From a virus (taxonomy: Duplodnaviria > Caudoviricetes), in the IMG/VR virus record IMGVR_UViG_3300037424_000917, positions 1 to 40,206 of that record: a DNA stretch of 40,206 nucleotides, one strand, 5' to 3'. Under the pieces are notes generated by a model. It did not search any database, was not told where the DNA came from, and was given only the letters and a program-made list of their open reading frames with translations. Every line of letters begins with the position of its first letter. The first letter of the stretch is position 1. This document shows positions 36,578 through 40,206 of this stretch, piece after piece. The position numbers and the translations under genes were made by a program.

Positions 36578-37258
36578 CTAGCTGTTGCGCAGTCCCGCTG
36601 CGATGTCCTTCCACACCTGAGCGTGCTGCTCTGGTGTCATAAGTCGTCCATCTTGAGCCATTTTCAGCAGTTCCCCGCCGATTTTATCAAGCATCGGGGC
36701 CCACACTTCCAAAGATTCACCAAGAATTTCTTTATTCGCGGCGGCTGTGGCCTTAATCCAGTCCTCAGCGGTCGGTAACTCTGCCTCACGGGCTGCGATT
36801 TTCTCAAAACTGTCAGCTAATGCCAACTTCTGGTCACTGGGCAGGTTAAGTTCGGTCATCCAAAATGGGATCATACCTGCGAATGATCCGCTAGTTGGCG
36901 GCGGAAGGGGCGAGGCCACTTTCACAACGACGGTAACAACGTCAACTGTTCCGCCCTTGGCGCAGGACACGATAAAACGGTATTCCCCGTAGGTGCGAGC
37001 TGAAAAAACGGCCCGTGCTCCCGCATCGTACGTCAGGAAATCGGTGACAGAGTCGGGAACCACCAGCCACTTGAAACTATCAGCGACAGACCCTGAAACG
37101 TCCAGACGAACCAACTCACCAATTTTTGCGGTAGACGGAGCAACGAGCACGATTTTCGCCTGTTCCACACCGGGTGTGGACTCCTGCGCTATTGGTGCCA
37201 GAGTGGGCGTGGTAACAGCGATTAGAAAGGCAAGAGCGACGGCGATAATACGTTTCAT
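36578..37258 (-). CDS. Secreted protein with PKD/Ig-like and helical domains
   Basis: MKRIIAVALAFLIA signal; P.....GELVRLD.SGS....F.W...GEY.F PKD-like pattern. Confidence 0.65.
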   Translation of the reverse strand: MKRIIAVALAFLIAVTTPTLAPIAQESTPGVEQAKIVLVAPSTAKIGELVRLDVSGSVADSFKWLVVPDSVTDFLTYDAGARAVFSARTYGEYRFIVSCAKGGTVDVVTVVVKVASPLPPPTSGSFAGMIPFWMTELNLPSDQKLALADSFEKIAAREAELPTAEDWIKATAAANKEILGESLEVWAPMLDKIGGELLKMAQDGRLMTPEQHAQVWKDIAAGLRNS

Positions 37259-37261
37259 TTT

Positions 37262-37486
37262 TTAGTCCTGGAAAAAGCGGACACATGGTTCCCAGTCGCC
37301 GTCGTCTTCGCCAAGTGTCTGGGCGATGCGTGCCAGTACGGCTTCGTGTGCTTCCTTGCTACTGGTGAACTCAATCTCGGTTTGTGATTCTAACACTCGT
37401 CCACAGCGGCAGAGCCGGGAGAGCACGGTGATGTTTGGTTCTTCTGTCCAGCGATGTTCACGTCCACAGGCACAGAAGGCTTTCAT
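37262..37486 (-). CDS. Small zinc-ribbon-like protein
   Basis: CACG...CRCG. Confidence 0.55.
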   Translation of the reverse strand: MKAFCACGREHRWTEEPNITVLSRLCRCGRVLESQTEIEFTSSKEAHEAVLARIAQTLGEDDGDWEPCVRFFQD

Positions 37487-37490
37487 AACA

Positions 37491-37877
37491 TCACATTACT
37501 TTCATTGCGACGGAAGCGGCGGCGGCTTGGTGCGCTTCCCATTCTTTGTTTTCCTGCCAAAACTTGATCTTTTCGGTAACTTCGGCGAGTTCGGACACGA
37601 TCTCGTATTCCCCTTCTGTGAGATACTTGTCGATCAGACCCCGGAGAACTTGAACGTCGTCTTTCATAGCTTCAAAATTTCCCTTCGCTCGGAACTCGTT
37701 GATTACGTCTTGGATCGGTGTCACCCGGCCGGCGGCGATGTCGAGCATCGACTGTTGGATTGTTTGTGGATCAGGTGCAGTTGTGCTCATCTCGGCGATC
37801 CACGCGGCGTCGAGCTGCCGGCGCTGTTCATCCGTTATGATGAATTTGACTTGTACTGACTTTGGGTATTGTGCCAT
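37491..37877 (-). CDS. Hypothetical protein
   Basis: 128 aa helical ORF in the operon; no clear SD. Confidence 0.55.
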   Translation of the reverse strand: MAQYPKSVQVKFIITDEQRRQLDAAWIAEMSTTAPDPQTIQQSMLDIAAGRVTPIQDVINEFRAKGNFEAMKDDVQVLRGLIDKYLTEGEYEIVSELAEVTEKIKFWQENKEWEAHQAAAASVAMKVM

Positions 37878-37880
37878 AAT

Positions 37881-38091
37881 GAAAACCCGCCACTCGGTCG
37901 GCCTGCCCGGTGGCCAGCGGGTTTGGTCCCAGGATGCTATCCGGGGAGGGGTTCCGGGCTACCCGCCCATGATGACCGTCAGTGTAGGGACACGTGATCG
38001 TCTGCACGAGAGGGTCAGCGGGTGTGTTAATCAGGCGTCAGTTGCGGTGGCGACTGGCCGTTTAAGTCCTGCGCGCCACTGCCCGGACCCT
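37881..38091 (-). ncRNA. Candidate structured RNA downstream of tRNA-Pro
   Basis: Nested stems found by eye (see findings); no recognised family. Confidence 0.45.
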
Positions 38092-38102
38092 GGTATGTTA
38101 AG

Positions 38103-38176
38103 TCTGGGTGACAGGAATCGAACCTGCGACCTCATGCTCCCAAAGCACGCGCTCTGCCTAGCTGAGCTACACCCAG
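38103..38176 (-). tRNA. tRNA-Pro(UGG)
   Basis: CTGGGTG/CACCCAG acceptor stem, CGTGC-TTTGGGA-GCATG anticodon arm, GCAGG-TTCGATT-CCTGT T-arm; no encoded CCA. Confidence 0.92.
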
Positions 38177-38207
38177 TTGTTGAGTAGCCCAGCTTGGGGA
38201 GGCTGGA

Positions 38208-38399
38208 CTACGCAATGGGCTTGCTGGTGAACAGGCGCAGGACGATGTTCAGTCCGCCTTGCACGGCGACTAAAATTCCCACGAGGGCCGTGTTGTCAGC
38301 GATGACTTCGTGCCCGGCGACGTAACCAACTACGCCAGCGGCCACAACGAGGATGTTCAGCCAGACGGTCTTTGATGCGAGAACGGATTTGGTTTCCAT
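38208..38399 (-). CDS. Small two-TM holin-like protein
   Basis: K....SKTVWLN-TM1-TM2-NIVLRLFTSKPI; GGAG RBS. Confidence 0.6.
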   Translation of the reverse strand: METKSVLASKTVWLNILVVAAGVVGYVAGHEVIADNTALVGILVAVQGGLNIVLRLFTSKPIA

Positions 38400-38444
38400 G
38401 GTTTTCTCCGAGGTTAAAAAAGTGGCGTTAGACCACAGGGGTTG

Positions 38445-38636
38445 TTATCTACGCACCGGCGATGTGTCCAGCCGATGCTGCGTGTTCACGAGGCTTTCGA
38501 TTCTGTTAGCCGCTTCGCAAACCGCTGTGATCGCGTTGTCCAGATGCGGGTTGCTTTGTTTGTTTACGTCGGCCAGTCGTTTTTAAATCAGCGTTCTCAG
38601 GGCGGCGATTTCGCCGTGCAGGTTCATTGCAGTCAT
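38445..38636 (-). pseudogene. terS-paralog fragment interrupted by an in-frame TAA (38583-38585)
   Basis: MTAMNLHGEIAALRTLI*KRL...IESLVNTQHRLD aligns with terS EIALLRSIVEKRI...IEKLVSSCHNME. Confidence 0.6.
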
Positions 38637-38661
38637 CTCTCCCTCTCTCTCCCTCTCTCTG

Positions 38662-39153
38662 TTACTGGTTTTCTTGCTTCGCGATCGCCTCCGCTATCTC
38701 TCCGCCGATTTTGGCCACGATCTCATCACGCTCTGGGACATCTGTCAAATTCTGGTCAATGATGTGAACGATCTTCTGTGCGAGGGACACCAGGGCTGAC
38801 TTGTTGAGCAGGTTGCCCAGCTTTACTTCCATGTTGTGGCAGCTTGACACGAGCTTCTCGATAGCCAGGAATGTGTCTTTCAGGCCCGACATGCCGGCGG
38901 CGAACTCCGCGTCCGATTCCATCATGTTGATTCGCTTCTCGACGATCGAGCGGAGCAAAGCAATCTCAACTTTCAAGGACTTGACTTCATCTGCGGCGGC
39001 GTGCCTTTGCGGTGAATCGCCAAGGATACGCTTCGAAATGAGGTACTGGTTGAGCTGTAGGCTGCCGGTGTGCGGGTTATGCTTCTCGCACCATCGGCTA
39101 CCGGGAATCGGCGGCTTCTGGCAGGCTCCTGAATCTGTCATCCAATCACACAT
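38662..39153 (-). CDS. Putative terminase small subunit
   Basis: First gene of the late operon; C...C...WC..H N-terminus and L..EIALLR helix; start ATG 39153 with GGAG. Confidence 0.6.
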   Translation of the reverse strand: MCDWMTDSGACQKPPIPGSRWCEKHNPHTGSLQLNQYLISKRILGDSPQRHAAADEVKSLKVEIALLRSIVEKRINMMESDAEFAAGMSGLKDTFLAIEKLVSSCHNMEVKLGNLLNKSALVSLAQKIVHIIDQNLTDVPERDEIVAKIGGEIAEAIAKQENQ

Positions 39154-39165
39154 AGATTTCTCTCC

Positions 39166-39201
39166 ACTACTATATCGCCTCATTTTTGTTGTTTGTCGCA
39201 A
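39166..39201 (-). promoter_or_regulatory. Conserved phage promoter/operator motif, copy 2 (upstream of terS)
   Basis: TTGCGACAA-ACAACA-AAAATGAGGCGATATAGTAGT on the - strand. Confidence 0.7.
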
Positions 39202-39236
39202 TAATTATTCCGATTTTAACGATTTTGCGGATAATA

Positions 39237-39252
39237 ATTGGACGCGTCCAAT
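39237..39252. promoter_or_regulatory. 16-bp perfect palindrome
   Basis: ATTGGACGCGTCCAAT; partial copy TTGGACGCGTC at 39519-39529. Confidence 0.65.
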
Positions 39253-39414
39253 CAACCTGATTTCGGAGCTGCGCAGTATTTTGGGACCTGCCCGGTGTCC
39301 CCGACTGGACCCGCCGACTGTACCCGCCGGGTGTCCCCGATTCAGGGCTGGGCTCTCGTTTTGGCCTGTGCCGGCCGGATTAAGGCGGGGAATTACCGCC
39401 TTACCCGCTCGGCG

Positions 39415-39457
39415 ACTGGTGCCCAATTTCCAGGCACTGGTGCCCAATTTCCAGGCA
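39415..39457. repeat. 21-bp tandem direct repeat, two copies
   Basis: ACTGGTGCCCAATTTCCAGGC at 39415-39435 and 39436-39456. Confidence 0.9.
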
Positions 39458-39579
39458 TCCCGATCGGTATCACCGGTGGCTCGCGTCCCGCGTCCCGGCG
39501 GCCCGGTGGCCGGGCTGGTTGGACGCGTCAGTGTAAAATCCGCAGGCACCTCGCCATTCGATAGGGCGGGAGAGACGGA

Positions 39580-40185
39580 TTATCGGCACAACCAGCACAA
39601 CCCGCACAATTAGACCCACCCCACCTGCACAACCACTACAACCATTACATCCACAACCTTACAATCATCACATCCATCACAACACACACAACCATCATAT
39701 CTATCAAATATGATAGGCCGAGCACAATCGAACCACTGTCTCGTTGAATCTACGATGCTTACTTATTGTGCAGCCTGTGCTGGTTGTAGTGTGCCGGACT
39801 TGCTGGTTGTAGGGCCGAGATGTGCAGGTTGTAGTGATTGTAGGGCTGTTTTACCCTGGTGGGTGGGGTGGTAGGAGCGCTGGTCGTAGGGCTTATGTCG
39901 GTAATGACGCCCTTACAATCAGCACAGACACTACAACCCTAGCGGTACAACCCCTACAGCCAGAGGTGGGGTGGGATTGTTCCAGTAAGTGGGGTGGTAG
40001 TGGGTGCATAATCGGCACAACCGGCCCAGGTGGTAGTGGTATAATCGGCACAGAGTGTAAGTGGGTGGGGTGGTTAGGGTTATGTCGATTATTCGGTCGG
40101 AATCTTTAGAATAAATGATACAATACTAAGTAGGTGTCGCATGGACTGTATTTGCTGTGCTGGTTGACGGGGTTGTGAGGGGGCT
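39580..40185. repeat. Non-coding cluster of short YACAAYC and GTGGGGTGG motifs in both orientations
   Basis: Many CACAACC/TACAACC/TACAATC and GGTTGTA/GATTGTA copies; five GTGGGGTGG copies (one inverted). Confidence 0.7.
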
Positions 40186-40206
40186 GTCTATTGACTCGGC
40201 CGCGAC

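Noticed and set aside
37881-38100. Theta/HDV-like or hammerhead ribozyme after tRNA-Pro
   Set aside because: I could not build the P1/P2/P3 nested pseudoknot, and CTGACG is not followed by the hammerhead core. Kept only as an unclassified ncRNA candidate.
12793-38176. tRNAs as prophage att boundaries
   Set aside because: Both are flanked by phage genes on each side, no duplicated tRNA 3' end was noticed, and no integrase is in the window.
371-39153. Genome-wide stop-codon reassignment (TAG to Gln)
   Set aside because: Long genes are open in the standard code, and TAG acts as a normal stop right before downstream starts or RBSs (e.g. 35572, 36578). No suppressor tRNA is present in the window.
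38801-39613. ORFs 38801-39613 (+), 39205-39549 (-) and 39238-39564 (+)
   Set aside because: They are antisense to terS or translate GC-rich repeats, and lack a convincing RBS or protein-like composition.
39415-40185. CRISPR array
   Set aside because: The 21-bp repeat has two abutting copies with no spacer; the other motifs are 7-12 bp, irregularly spaced and in both orientations; no cas genes.

Overview
This window is about 40 kb of a tailed dsDNA (siphovirus-like) phage or prophage genome. On the + strand, a short replication module (AEP primase-helicase fusion, DUF5664-type dNTP pyrophosphatase, DEDDh exonuclease) runs from 371 to 4450. It converges on a roughly 35-kb late operon on the - strand. 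In transcription order that operon contains terS, an ~8-kb accessory island, a lambda GpA-type terL, portal, adaptor, scaffold, a P22-type major capsid protein, decoration/fibre genes, head-tail and tail genes with a -1 frameshifted chaperone, tape measure, tail tip and an SPFH protein. It also carries two tRNAs (Thr-UGU, Pro-UGG) and two free-standing EndoVII endonucleases. Main observations: (i) no peptidoglycan hydrolase is recognisable, but the island carries a holin-like gene, a Tat-signal papain-like cysteine protease, a secreted WCGPC thioredoxin and another secreted protein, which together form a candidate protease/disulfide-reductase envelope-breaking system; (ii) an in-frame TAG sits at a domain boundary of a fibre gene; (iii) capsid and scaffold share an N-terminal LFLCF motif; (iv) a 36-bp motif heads both transcription units; (v) a multi-stem ncRNA candidate follows tRNA-Pro; (vi) a terS paralog is interrupted by a stop codon; (vii) a repeat-rich candidate packaging region lies at the right end. 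All family assignments come from recognising motifs by eye; no searches were run.
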